Origin: Macrostomum hystrix
Taxonomy: Eukaryota; Animalia; Platyhelminthes
Reading direction: 5' to 3'
DNA: 64,000 nt
NCBI GenBank assembly: GCA_950097015.1
Contig: CATNEN010000012.1
Location: 2,542,001-2,606,000 of the forward strand
Shown: positions 34,666 to 48,600 of the stretch, piece by piece
Layout of the letters: the number at the start of each line of letters is the position of its first letter
Numbering within the stretch: the first letter of the stretch is position 1
The notes under the pieces: model-generated
Told to the model about the DNA's origin: nothing
What the model saw: the letters and a program-made list of their open reading frames with translations, nothing else
Database searches by the model: none
Made by a program: the position numbers and the translations under genes

Positions 34666-34970
34666 GTGAGGACTAGGGAGTGAGGTGGCTGGCAGTTAGG
34701 GGTAGGGAATCAGTGTGAGGACTAGGGAGTGAGGTGGCTGGCAGCTAGGGGTAGGGAATCAGGGTGAAGACTAGGGAGTGAGGTGGCTGGCAGTTAGGGG
34801 TAGGGAATCAGGGTGAAGACTAGGGAGTGAGGTGGCTGGCAGTTAGGGGTAGGGAATCAGGGTGAGGACTAGGGAGTGAGGTGGCTGGCAGTTAGGGGTA
34901 GGGAATCAGGGTGAAGACTAAGGAGTGAGGTGGCGGGCAGTTAGGGGTGGGGAATCAGGGTGAGGACAGC
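34666..34970 (+). repeat. 49-bp G-rich minisatellite, ~6 copies
   Basis: GTGAGGACTAGGGAGTGAGGTGGCTGGCAGTTAGGGGTAGGGAATCAGG. Confidence 0.92.
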
Positions 34971-36495
34971 GAGTGTGGCGGCTGTAGACGAGACAAAGGA
35001 GGCTCACTGCACTAGTTATCAGAGTTAAAAGCGACAAAACAAACCGTTGTTTTCTGTAGTCGAAAAAACAAAAAGAACTTTAAGCTGACGTCGGAAGGTC
35101 AAAACGAGAGCAATTTATACAGACATTAAGTTATAATATTAGAAAATAAACAGCAGAGTAAAGAAGTACATTTGAAGCGACAGTCGTGTGGTTGACTTAA
35201 TGAGTTCAGTGGTCGAGGTTCTTAAACAATAATTTGTGCGTGGACAATTAAAGCATCGAGTATATTAAAATCTGATAACTAGCTAAAGCGCATGACAACC
35301 GATTGATTTTGTAGTCCCATTGTACTACTATTACGACGCAGGCAAAGCAGCAAGTTGGTTTTGTGCATTTTTTGCTGTAGAAAAATGACATTAAAGTAAA
35401 ATAATAAAAAACAGGGCTAGGAGGAAAGTGGAGTAAAGTAAAAATACAGAAAACGCAATCAAAAGTACAACAGCAGCATGGGAGATGAGAGTGCATCGAG
35501 CATAAAAAACTGTTGCGCCACTGATGCAACCAAGCCTAAGCAGCTGCTGCAGCGAACAATAGATTTCTCGAACCATTTTTTTCGGCGAATTATTTTCTCC
35601 AAGAAAAAAAATGCACAATAATTTTGCCTTCTGCCTTTCGCGATTCGGGAAAACAAACCAACAAAACTAGAAATAAAACTAATCATTTCGATTCATCATG
35701 AACAGAAACGCAAGTGCTTAATGTGTTTTGCATTTTGTTATTCGTTGGAAAATAGCTACCCACAAGCATGTGTAAAAATGTTCTGCAAAAAACGTTAAAA
35801 AAACAAAAAGCTACTATGTTGCTACTTGCTAGTAGGCAAGTGAGAACGCGTGTGCCGGTAATCGCAAGGAGAAAAATGTTCTAACACACGAGAAACACGC
35901 AATTAATTATATAAGGATAGATGCAGCACTGAAATTTGTAGTATTCATAGTCACTAAACGACAACAAAAACAATAGGGTAGCACAAATGATACAGAAATC
36001 AATGGCTTGCTCTAATTAGTTCAATGCAATTCAATTCAATACAGTAAAAATACACAATTAAGCGAGATTTTCAACGGCGATAAAAAACCTAATCGGATCG
36101 ACAATTCTTTGCAGATTGAACTCTTCTAGACAATAATGCCCTACTAGGATGAAAGTACTTTAACGTTTGGAAAAAGTACACTTCAAAAGACAGATACCAA
36201 GAAGCAAGACGGGTGTTAAAAAGAAGGATTGAATATGACTGACCCTAACATGTTTAACAGAAGAATAGGTAGAGAGAGAAAGCTGCCATCTTATAGTCAC
36301 CATATTTTTCTAACCAGTTGTAAAGTACATCGTGCTAACTACATGCTACTACTACACTTGTAAGTTTTATTAAGGCTTAGAAATTGAACAGTATCATGAT
36401 TGTGGAGACAAAAACTGGTAACTTTCTTAGGACAAAAAAGCACAAACAGATTGTTTACGTTATTAGGCAACGCAATCGATGACGTCACCAGAAAT

Positions 36496-36640
36496 TCAGA
36501 CTGGATAATCCCCACGCCTGGCAGATCGCTGCTGCTGCTGCTGCTGCAGTTGCTGGTGTTGCTGATACGGCAAGTGCAGGCCGCTTGGGTTTCCGCTGCC
36601 TGGCGGGTAGGGCGGCGGAGCTCCCGGGGCGCCTATATCG

Positions 36641-36676
<36 letters not shown>

Positions 36677-39600
36677 AGGTGATGGTGACCAGCCAAGCCG
36701 CCAAACTGACCGCTAGGTATGGCATAGTCGGTAATGCTTCGCATCTTCGGCACACCAGGTGGCGGCGGTGGCAGCTGCTGCTGCTGCTGCTGCTGATGCA
36801 GGCCCGGCTGAGGGCTGAACGCGCGCCCGCGTGGCAGCGAAGACGACGAGACGGAATTGGCAGAGCCGCCGTAGCGCGAGGAGCCTCCGGCGCCGCCGCC
36901 GCGATGAAGAGACGCGCTGCTGCTGCCCTGTCGAGTTGGCGTGGATTCCCGATTCCCGGCAGCTGCCGACGCGGCTGCGGCTCCGGCGGCGCCTCCGACG
37001 GCGATTGTCGAGCCGGCGCCGCCACCGCCGCTGCTGCTTCCGGTGCCAGTTCCGGTGCCAACTGTGTGTTGGGAAGGTGGTGGTGGCACAGCAGCAACTC
37101 CGCCGCCGTTCATGCCAACAAGGTCCTCTGGGTGCTCATAGATTTCGCCTGTTAGAAGTTCAAATTTAGCTTTTTAATTAATTATTTGACACGGCGAGTG
37201 AAACAAATGCAATCAAACTGAAAAGTACACATGCACTAAAAACTCCAGCAAGTACTACTTACCGTGGTGGCCGCGCAGGTGATGATGCTGAGGCACCGGC
37301 GGCGGGGGCGGTGGCAGAGTGTCCTCCTCCGGCAGGCTGTTGTCGACCTCCTGGAAGTCCGTGTTAGTCGACCGGTCGCGCATGACGGGCGGCGTGCCGA
37401 GCTGGGCGGAGCTGCCGGCTTCGACGCCGACTCCTGACAAGCCGACGCCGCGCTGGCCGGCGCTGCCAGGCTGACGGCGTCGCTTGCGTCGATGATGCCG
37501 ATGCTGCGGCTGCTGTGAACCGGCTGCAGTCTGCGTGCCTCCGTCAACCATGTAGAACTGCTGCTGTCCGCCTGGCGTTTGGGCGTAGATGTCATGCTGG
37601 CTGAAGTAGGAATAGACGGACTCATTGTCGGCCGGTCCGCCTACGCCAGGATTCATCACCTGCTGCATGCCGCCCAGGCGTTGAATAGAGCCGCCGTAGC
37701 CGCTGCCGAATGTGCCGCCACCCTGGTGATGGTGATGATGCTGCGGATGATGCTGCTGCTGTTGCTGCTGAGGCTGCATCTGGTGGTGCATGTGCTGACC
37801 GTAGGTTGGACCCTGCGAGCCACCGCGATAGTACAGGGTCTCATTCTGCTCGTTGAAGTCGTCTGGCTCGCTCTCGTGGATGGAGCCTCCGCTAGGTGGC
37901 TCCCGCTTGCTGAGGGTGCCACCACCGTGGGCCTGCTGATGCTGATGCTGGAGCATCTGCTGTTGCTGCTGGCCGTAGTACAGCTGCTGCTGGCTGCCGT
38001 GCTGCAGGTAGAGCTGCTGCTGACTGCCGTGTTGCTGACTGCCGTGCTGCTGGTAGAGCTGGTAGGGACTGGCCTGCTGCATATGCGGGTGCTGCATCTG
38101 CTGCTGCTGCTGCTGCTGCTGGCCATAGTAATCCAGCATCATGGAAGTCTGCTCCATTGGGTAGCCGCCATGCGATCCAACCGTCGGGTAGCCGCCGTAG
38201 GTGGCAGCGACCGCCGCCTGCGGCTGCTGTTGATGCGCCAGATGACCGCCTTGAAGCAGAGATAGGCTGAAATTGTTGTGCGAATTCTGCAACTGTTGCT
38301 GCTGCTGCTGATGCTGCAGACTGCCGTGTCTGTGAAGCGAGGCCCGATTGATCAGCTTAGCTGGATCCTTGTAGGTGGCGGTCATTCCCGGCTGCATCTG
38401 GGAGGCTGCGGGATTCAGGTATTTGGTGCAACCAATTAGTACAGCAAAAGTGCAAACACCCATAGACAACAGCAACAAAGTTTTAAGAACATTTGAAATT
38501 TGAAATGTGGTTACAGCCAGGAAAATGTAGCCAAATTCGGCAGAGCCTTACCATAGGTGAAAGTGTTGCTCCAGGCTTCATCTGAGCGCGCAGTGAAAAC
38601 AAAATGGGAGAGGAGGGGCGGGCGGACACACTGGTGAGGCGGATCTTGCGGTTAGGCAGTTAGAATTAATCAACGGTGATAGAAGGCACTTTTTGTTGTT
38701 AACTATGCCGTACAACTAATCCAATCAATGTGAAAATCAAGAAAACAATAAGCACACATTAACGACTTTTTAGCAGCTAAAACTATTACTAAAGTTGTAA
38801 TAACAGTAAAAGTACAGATACTTAAAATATAACTAAGGCAGTGTTAATGTCAGATTGGCTTATTATGTTGTTTGTTTAGATCGCGTTAGGTGTCATTTTG
38901 TTGATGGGGTTGGGTGGTGTCATTTTGTTGATGGGGTTGGTGGTGTCATTTTGTTGATGGGGTTGGGTGGTGTCATTTTGCTGATGGGGTTGGATGGTGT
39001 CATTTTGCTGATGGGGTTGGATGGTGTCATTTTGCTGATGGGGTTGGGTGGTGTCATTTTGCTGATGGGGTTGGTGGTGTCATTTTGCTGATGGGGTTGG
39101 TGGTGTCATTTTGCTGATGGGGTTGGGTGGTGTCATTTTGCTGATAGGGTTGGATGGTGTCATTTTGCTGATGGCGTTGGTGGTGTCATTTTGCTGATGG
39201 GGTTGGTGGTGTCATGTTGCTGATGGGGTTGGGTGGTGTCATTTTTAGGAGGTTGGGTGTCATTTTATCGGTGGGATTGGGTGTCATTCTTTATGGGTTT
39301 GGGTGTCACTTATTGCGTCAGCTGTCATTTTAGTAAGAAAAGTTTCAGGATATTAAGAAGAAAATTAAACATTCAGAAAAGTAAACAGTAATATATAGCA
39401 AAGCCAAACTCACTGGGCTGCTGAATCCGCTGGGACTTGTCCCTCCGACTGCAATAAGCGCACAAGCAGATGACAATGAGCACAACTATAAGGGTCAGGC
39501 CGCCCAGGCAGCCCAGTATGATGTACATGTACTGCAGCGACTTCTTGCTATTCTTTCCCTCATCCAAGCTGGGATCCACGGGTCCGAGGCGAAACTGAGC

Positions 39601-42600
39601 CGACGAGGAAAGCTTGGAGCGAAGATTGTCACCGCCGGCGAAGGGGGCGAGGCGGGCGAACATCACAGCCTGGTAGGTGAAACCAGGGCTCAGACGATCG
39701 TGAATGAAATACTGCCTGGCGGTGCCGTCGCTAACGTTGTAGGTTGTGTAGCCAGCCTTGCCATTCTCCCGCAGCAGGATGGTGAAGCCGAGCACGCGGT
39801 GGCTGGGGTCCGACTGATAGTCCCACCTGGGTAATGGGGCAGTCAGTTTATGGACGGTTTGGCATGGCCGATTGGGGCATGGCAGGCAGGCAGCTTCGAC
39901 AGATGGACAGGCACATTGACAGACAGGCAGATTGACAGACAGATTGACAGATTGATAGACAGACAGGCAGATTGACAGACAGATTGACAGACAGGCAGAT
40001 TGACAGACAGACAGACAGATTGACAGACAGATTGACAGACAGATTGACAGATTGATAGATAGACAGGCCGATTGACAGACAGATTGACAGACAGACAGGC
40101 AGATTGACATACAGATTGACAGACAGGCAGATTGACAGACAGACAGACAGATTGACAGATATTGACAGGCAGACAGACAGACAGATTGACAGACAGACTG
40201 ATTGACAGACAGGCAGATTGACAGACAGATTGACAGACAGGCAGATTGACAGACAGGCAGATTGACAGACAGGCAGAAAGATTGACAGACAGACTGATTG
40301 ACAGACAGGCAGATTGACAGACAGGCAGATTGACAGACAGGCAGAAAGATTGACAGACAGGCAGATTGACAGACAGGCAGATTGACAGACAGACAGACAG
40401 ATTGACAGACAGGCAGATTGACAGACAGGCAGATTGACAGACAGGCAGATTGACAGACAGACAGGCAGATTGACAGACAGGCAGATTGACAGACAGGCAG
40501 ACAGATCGACAGACAGGCAGATTGACAGACAATTGACAGACAGATTGACAGGCAGACAAATTGACAGACAGGCAGATTGACAGATATTGACAGGCAGACA
40601 GACAGGTAGATTGACAGACAGATTGACAGGCAGACAGATTGACAGACAGACAATTGACAGACGGGCAGATTGATAGACAGATTGACGGACAGGCAGATTA
40701 ATAGACAGACAGGCAGATTGGCGGACAGGCAGATTGATAGACAGACAGGCGGACCCAGATCAATAAGCCCAAATATTCGAAGCAGGATTTAACTTACTTC
40801 AAAGGAAACTGCAGCGTACTGGGGACGTCAGTGATTCGCGGCTGATTGTCAATAATGTCCAGGAATCTGACAAGTTTGCCCCAGGCAGTTTTCCGCTCGG
40901 TGGCCTCGTCACGCAGCTTGTAAGCCAAACGAAAGCGATACTCCTTGCCTACACTGGGCCGGTGCCACAGGAAAAAGTACTTCATCTGGTTTTTTGGCTC
41001 AGCGCGCCCGATTTGAGCATCGGACAATGCAGCAGCGGATGGGGGCTGAGGGATCTCCCGCACTTCCACTATAAAGTAGAGAATGTTGCTTATGTAGGCC
41101 TCGTTGCCTTCGAGGGTCCAGCTGACGTTTACAACCATGTTGTAGCCGACTTTCTCCGCTGTTGGCGGCGACACGACTGAGATGGGAGGCAACAAAATTG
41201 ATTAGGAAAAATACTCTGGGGAAGCTGGAAGCCTAGCCATGGGATCTGGGCAAGCTGGAAGACTAGCCATGGGATCTGGGGAAGCTGGAAGACTAGCCAT
41301 GTGATCTGGGGAAGCTGGAAGCCTAGCCATGGGATCTGGGGAAGCTGGAAGACTAGCCATGGGATCTGGGGAAGCTGGAAGACTAGCCATGTGATCTGGG
41401 GAAGCTGGAAGCCTAGCCATGGGATCTGGGGAAGCTGGAAGACTAGCCATGGGATCTGCAGGGGAAGCTGGAAGACTAGCCATGGGAACTGGGGAAGCTG
41501 GAAGACTAGCCATGGGATCTGGGGAAGCTGGAAGACTAGCCATGGGATCTGGGGAAGCTGGAAGACTAGCCATGGTATCTGGGGAAGCTGGAAGCCTAGC
41601 CATGGTATCTGGGGAAGCTGGAAGCCTAGCCATGTGATCTGGGGAAGCTGGAAGACTAGCCATGGGATCTGGGGAGGATGGAAGACTAGCCATGGGATCT
41701 GGGGAGGCTGGAAGACTAGCCATGGTATCTGGGGAAGCTGGAAGACTAGCCATGGGATCTGGAGAAGTTGGAGGACTGAGGTTACTGATTTGGAGATGCA
41801 GGGTCAGAGTAAGCCGGCAGCGCACTCACTGATTGCATCACCAGTTCGCGGCTCAGCATCCGGTAGGCCGCCAGCTGCGCCAGACGGTCCCACAGAAGCT
41901 GCTGCCGCGCTTAGTCTCGGAGCGTTGCGATCAAGCAAGGCGCCGCTCACTGGCGGAAGCTGCCTAGTTGCGGGTTCGCTTCCAGATAAGGCGGAAGAAG
42001 AAGCCAGCTCGACAGGCGGTGGCGGCGGCGGCGGCGGTAGGTCAGCTGAGGTGAGTGAAAAAAAAATAGAATTGATAAATTCGTGACACTACTTGCAGTA
42101 AGGAGATAAGCTGGAGCAATATAACTAGTGAGAGATCGGCACACTCACAAGTCACAGTCTCTGAGCGGAGCAGCAGCGTGGCGCTGGCCGTCGCCCATTG
42201 GTCGGCGCTGTCGAAGGCAACGCATTGGACAATGCCGCGCATGCTGGGCTCGAAACGTCGCACAATGAGACGAGAAGCTGCGAGATGCATTAAGGCAATG
42301 TAGGTTTATTTACATACTAATTAACAGTTGTTATAATAAACAGGATAATAATCAGCTAATTAATTGTACAACTTACTGCCAACATCAGACGGTTCTGCAA
42401 AAGGAGAATTAGAGAAAATATTTTTTAACTAGTTAATCACTGAATTTGTCGCACAATCTGTGAACAAGATAAGGTCTTATTAGCCGTACATTATTTCTAG
42501 TAAGTATTCAAGTAAGTGCCCCCTGAAGCATGTGGGATACCAGTAAGTCCCTCCTAAGGCCAGTAAGGGATCTGGGATGCCAGCAACGGATCTGGGAGGC

Positions 42601-45600
42601 CAGTAAGGGATCTGGGAGGCCAGTAAGGGATCTGGGATGCCAGCAACGGATCTGGGAGGCCAGTAAGGGATCTGGGAGGCCAGTAAGAGATCTGGGAGGC
42701 CAGTAAGAGATCTGGGAGGTCAGTAAGAGATCTGGGAGGTCAGTAAGGGATCTGGGATGCTAGTAAGGGATCTGGGATGCTAGTAAGGGATCTGGGAGGT
42801 CAGTAAGGGATCTGGGAGGTCAGTAAGAGATCTGGGAGGTCAGTAAGGGATCTGGGATGCTAGTAAGGGATCTGGGAGGTCAGTAAGGGATCTGGGGGGG
42901 TCAGTAAGGGATCTGGGAGGTAAGCAAGGGATCTGGGAGGTCAGTAAGGGATCTGGGAGGTCAGTAAGGGATCTTGGAGGCCAGTAAGTCCATACTCAAG
43001 CATCTGGGAGGCCAGTAAGTTCCTACTCAAGCATCTGGGAGGCCAGTAAGTCCCTCCTGAGGATGGGCAGCCGCATGCATTCATAATTATCCATTTTGGC
43101 TCACCCTCAATGGAGAAACCGGCACTGGTGGCCGGGTCGATTTGTCTGCCGTTATTGAACCAGATAGGCCTGCGCCTGTCGTTGCCAACCAGTCGGCAGA
43201 CGAAGCTGCCAATGGCGTCCTGGTTGTCAAGGGAGACATCCAGAGGCCTCACAACTATTGACAGTTTCTCTGAGGATTGAACAAGGTGGCTGTTGTTATT
43301 CAATTAGACGGATCGAAATATTACCTATCGCTACTTCCTGACAATCCAGGTAGCAACTTACGCTTCACGGCAATATTGAAGACCTCCAGTTTCTTTTCGT
43401 CGCGCATATGACCAGACGAGGTAAGATCCGGCCTATAGGACACGCGGCAGGCGTAGGAGCCTTGGTCAGCCAGGCCGATGCCGGTGAACTGCAGCAGGCC
43501 GAACTCGCGCAGCTCGCTAGCCGAGGCGGGCAGTTGGCGCCGGCCGGAGTCGCGCAGGTAGGACACCTCGGCGATCGGCGAGGACTCGGTGATGCACGAA
43601 TAGCTGGCATTGTCGCCCTCCATCAGGGTGAGGTCGCGCGGGGCCGGAGCGGCTACCGTCTCCGGATATCTGGCGGTGACAGCGTCTGTAATTCAGTGCG
43701 GGGCGTGCGGAGATGCGAGATTAGTGACAGGGCCCTACTGACAGCGGATGCGAATGGAAAGGCAGTATTTGGGATGTGGAGCGATGAGAAGGCAGTAGGT
43801 GTAATGTGGAGCGATGAGAAGGCAGTAGGTGTAATGTGGAGCGATGAGAAGGCAGTAGGTGGAATGTGGAGTGATGGGAAGGCAGTAGGTGGAATGTGGA
43901 GCGATGGGAAGGCAGTAGGTGGAATTTGGAGTGATGGGAAGGCAGTCGATGGGATGTGGAGTGATAGGAAGGCAGCAGGTGGGATGTGGAGCGATGGGAA
44001 GGCAGTAGGTGTAATGTGGAGTGATGGGAAGGCAGTAGGTGGAATGTGGAGTGATGGGAAGGCAGTAGGTGGAATGTGGAGTGATGGGAAGGCAGTAGGT
44101 GGAATTTGGAGTGATGGGAAGGCAGTAGGTGGAATGTGGAGTGATGGGAAGGCAGTAGGTGGAATGTGGAGCGATGGGAAGGCAGTAGGTGGAATGTGGA
44201 GTGATGGGAAGGCAGTAGGTGGAATGTGGAGTGATGAGAAGGCAGTCGATGGGATGTGGAGTGATAGGAAGGCAGCAGGTGGGATGTGGATTCATGGAAA
44301 CATAGCGTTAATTAAAGCAATCATTTAAAAAACTGCAACTGACACGCTTCATAATAGTGAGCTAGAGACAACACAACGGCGACAGAATCAGCTTAGCAGT
44401 GTATCGACTGACGTCGAATTTCTATAACACAGTCCCATGAATAATCAAATCAAGGTGACAACAGACCCTGAATAATCAAATCAAGGTGACAACAGACCCT
44501 GAAGAATCTAATCAAGGTGACAACAGACCCTGAAGAATCTAATCAAGGTGACAACAGACCCTGAAGAATCTAATCAAGGTGACAACAGACCCTGAAGAAT
44601 CTAATCAAGGTGACATTAGACCCTGAAGAATCAAATCAAGGTGACAACAGACCCTGAAGAATCAAAGGAGAAATCAATATTTGTATCTTGATCACTATAT
44701 ACAATTATTAATTCCGATTGAAATAAAAAGTGCAATAGACAACAACTGTAAGTTACACAACTTGATTTTTCTTGTATAAAATAGACAACAACATTTGATG
44801 AATTGACGAATCATAGTTAGTTAAAATTATCTGCTACAGCTTAAAAACTAGTTTACCTGGAAAACCGGCAATATGTTCTACAAAGAAATAGATTGAATAT
44901 TTGAATTTTTAAAACTAAAGTAAGAATAAATAATACCGCGATATACCTTTAGGGAAAATAGTATGAAAATTCTTAAAAACAAAACTCAAACAAAAGATTG
45001 CTAAATATTTTGATTTTAGTTTTTTATCGAAACAAAAAATATTTTTTTTGGAATAATAAGCCGAGGCAAACGCAGTTAGTTTAAGTAGGATATGAGCGCG
45101 TGACTAAGAAATATATGAAGTTAATCACTACAATATGTTGACGGAATAACCAAGACAGGGGTGCCTTACAGGTTAGTGAGAAGACAGGGGTGTCTTACAG
45201 GTCAATGAGAAGACAGGGGTGTCTTACAGGTTAGTGAGAAGACAGGGGTGTCTTACAGGTTAGTGAGAAGACAGGGGTGTCTTACAGGTTAGTGAGAAGA
45301 CAGGGGTGTCTTACAGGTTAGTGAGAAGACAGGGGTGTCTTACAGGTTAGTGAGAAGACAGGGGTGTCTTACAGGTCAATGAGAAGACAGGGGTGTCTTA
45401 CAGGTTAGTGAGAAGACAGGGGTGTCTTACAGGTTAGTGAGAAGACAGGGGTGCCTTACAGGTCAATGAGAAGACAGGGGTGTCTTACAGGTTAGTGAGA
45501 AGACAGGGGTGTCTTACAGGTTAGTGAGAAGACAGGGGTGTCTTACAGGTCAATGAGAAGACAGGGGTGTCTTACAGGTCAATGAGAAGACAGGGGTGTC

Positions 45601-48600
45601 TTACAGGTTGATGAGAAGACAGGGGTCTCTCACAGGTCAATGAGAAGACAGGGGTGTCTTACAGGTTAGTGAGTAGACAGGGGTGTCTTACAGGTTAGTG
45701 AGAAGACAGGGGTGCCTTACAGGTTAGTGAGAAGACAGGGGTGCCTTACAGGTTAGTGAGAAGACAGGGGTGTCTTACAGGTCAATGAGAAGACAGGGGT
45801 GTCTTACAGGTTGATGAGAAGACAGGGGTGTCTTACAGGTTGATGAGAAGACAGGGGTGTCTTACAGGTTGATGAGAAGACAGGGGTGTCTTACAGGTTG
45901 ATGAGAAGACAGGGGTGTCTTACAGGTTGATGAGAAGACAGGGGTGTCTTACAGGTTGATGAGAAGACAGGGGTGTCTTACAGGTTGATGAGAAGACAGG
46001 GGTGTCTTACAGGTTGATGAGAAGACAGGGGTGTCTTACAGGTTGATGAGAAGACAGGGGTGTCTTACAGGTTGATGAGAAGACAGGGGTGTCTTACAGG
46101 TTGATGAGAAGACAGGGGTGTCTTACAGGTTGATGAGAAGACAGGGGTGTCTTACAGGTTGATGAGAAGACAGGGAGTGGTGCCTAGCAGGTCGATAAGA
46201 AGAAAGGTAAAATTTTTGGGTCAATGAAAGTGTTATACATTCATACAGCTTTAGGGAGCGACTTTAACAGTGGACAACAACAAGGCCGACTAAGGGATTT
46301 TATGGCTGCGAAAATTCAACACTGTTCTATCGTATACTATACACTGTAGAGCGAGGGGTACAGAGCATGCGCTTGAAGGTTTATAAAAAGTGACCTAGTT
46401 CTGCAATAATTTTATTAACTAATGGCTTCATTTTGCAAGTTGACAGACTGAATTATTTGTTATTCGTATTGTTGTTCAAATATAAATTAATGTAGGTAGT
46501 CGTTAAACTTTAGGACGAGTCTAAACTACTACTGACACGCATGATACATGGCTTGCTCGAAACTCAAGTATATTTTGCAAATAAGTGAAAAATTAAAACA
46601 AAAACTTTTTTGATCAAACGAACTTACGTTGCACGATGAGTTCCGTTTGAACAGGCGAATAAACTGTCTGCCTAGTGATAGGATTGGTTGCTAGGCAACC
46701 ATACAGCTTGCCGCCGCCGTCGTCAAGCAGCACTTTGCCGATGATGAGTGCGAATGAGCCTGTTGCGAGGCGCACAACTCGATATCGATCTGGGGATAAT
46801 TGCAGGTAGGCAGGAGAGCATTCGCTTGTTTATTTGGCTTCTTAATGAAGGCTTAAACATTGTGACAGGTAGTACATGATAATTTTTATAGCTGACAATA
46901 AACAGGAATACCATTTTTGGGGTTATTCACACTGAATAGGAATAGCATTTTTGGGATTATTCACACTGAATAGGAATACCATTTTGGGATCATTCACACT
47001 GAATAGGAATACTATTTTTGGGATTATTCACACTGAATAGGAATACCATTTTTGGGATCATTCACGCTGAATCGGAATACCATTTTTGGGATTATTCACG
47101 CTGAATCGGAATACCATTTTTGGGATTATTCACACTGAATAGGAATACCATTTTTGGGATTATTCACACTGAATAGGAATACCATTTTTGGGATTATTCA
47201 CACTGAATAGGAATACCATTTTTGGGATCATTCACACTGAATAGGAATACCATTTTTGGGATTATTCACACTGAATAGGAATACCATTTTTGGGATTATT
47301 CACACTGAATAGGAATACCATTTTTGGGATCATTCACACTGAATAGGAATACTATTTTTGGGATTATTCACACTGAATAGGAATACCATTTTTGGGATTA
47401 TTCACACTGAATAGGAATACTATTTTTGGGATTATTCACACTGAATAGGAATACCATTTTTGGGATTATTCACACTGAATAGGAATACCATTTTTGAAAT
47501 TATTCACACTGAATAGGAATACCATTTTTGGGATCATTCACACTGAATAGGAATACTATTTTTGGGATTATTCACACTGAATAGGAATACCATTTTTGGG
47601 ATTATTCACACTGAATAGGAATACCATTCTTGGGATCATTCACACTGAATAGGAATACTATTTTTGGGATTATTCACACTGAATAGGAATACCATTTTTG
47701 GGATCATTCACACTGAATAGGAATACCATTTTTGGGATTATTCACACTGAATAGGAATACTATTTTTGGGATTATTCACACAGAATAGGAATACCATTTT
47801 TTGGATCATTCACACTGAATAGGAATACTATTTTTGGGATTATTCACACTGAATAGGAATACCATTCTTGGGATCATTCACACTGAATAGGAATACCATT
47901 TTTGGGATCATTCACACTGAATAGGAATACCATTTTTGGGATTATTCACACAGAATAGGAATACCATTTTTGGGATCATTCACACTGAATAGGAATACCA
48001 TTTTTGGGATTATTCACACTGAATAGGAATACCATTCTTGGGATCATTCACACTGAATAGGAATACCATTTTTGGGATCATTCACACTGAATAGGAATAC
48101 CATTTTTGGGATCATTCACACTGAATAGGAATACCATTTTTGGGATCATTCACACTGAATAGGAATACCATTTTTGGGATCATTCACACTGAATAGGAAT
48201 ACCATTTTTGGGATCATTCACACTGAATAGGAATACCATTTTTGGGATCATTCACACTGAATATAGTAGGAATACCATTTTTGGGATTATTCACACACAC
48301 AGAATAGGAATACTATTTTTTGGGATCATTCACACTGAATATAGTAGGAATACCATTTTTGGAATTATTCACACTGAATAGGAATACTATTTTTAGGGAT
48401 TATTCACACAGAATAGGAATACCATTTTTGGGATCATTCACACTGAATATAGTAGGAATACCATTTTTGGGATTATTCACACACACAGAATAGGAATACT
48501 ATTTTTGGGATCATTCACACTGAATATAGTAGGAATACCATTTTTGGGATTATTCACACTGAATAGGAATACCATTTTTGGGATTATTCACACTGAATAG

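Noticed and set aside
34790-34960. Interstitial telomere
   Set aside because: Only one TTAGGG per 49-bp unit and no tandem hexamers.
36400-38265. Plus-strand Leu-rich ORFs 36400..37155 and 37579..38265
   Set aside because: They are antisense shadows of the CAG-rich poly-Q exons on the minus strand.
41202-41825. MASLPASPDP repeat ORF as a mucin-like stalk exon of the receptor
   Set aside because: It lies within a phase-1 GT-AG intron (41177-41829). The internal acceptor I found is phase 2, and the ORF ends in a stop.
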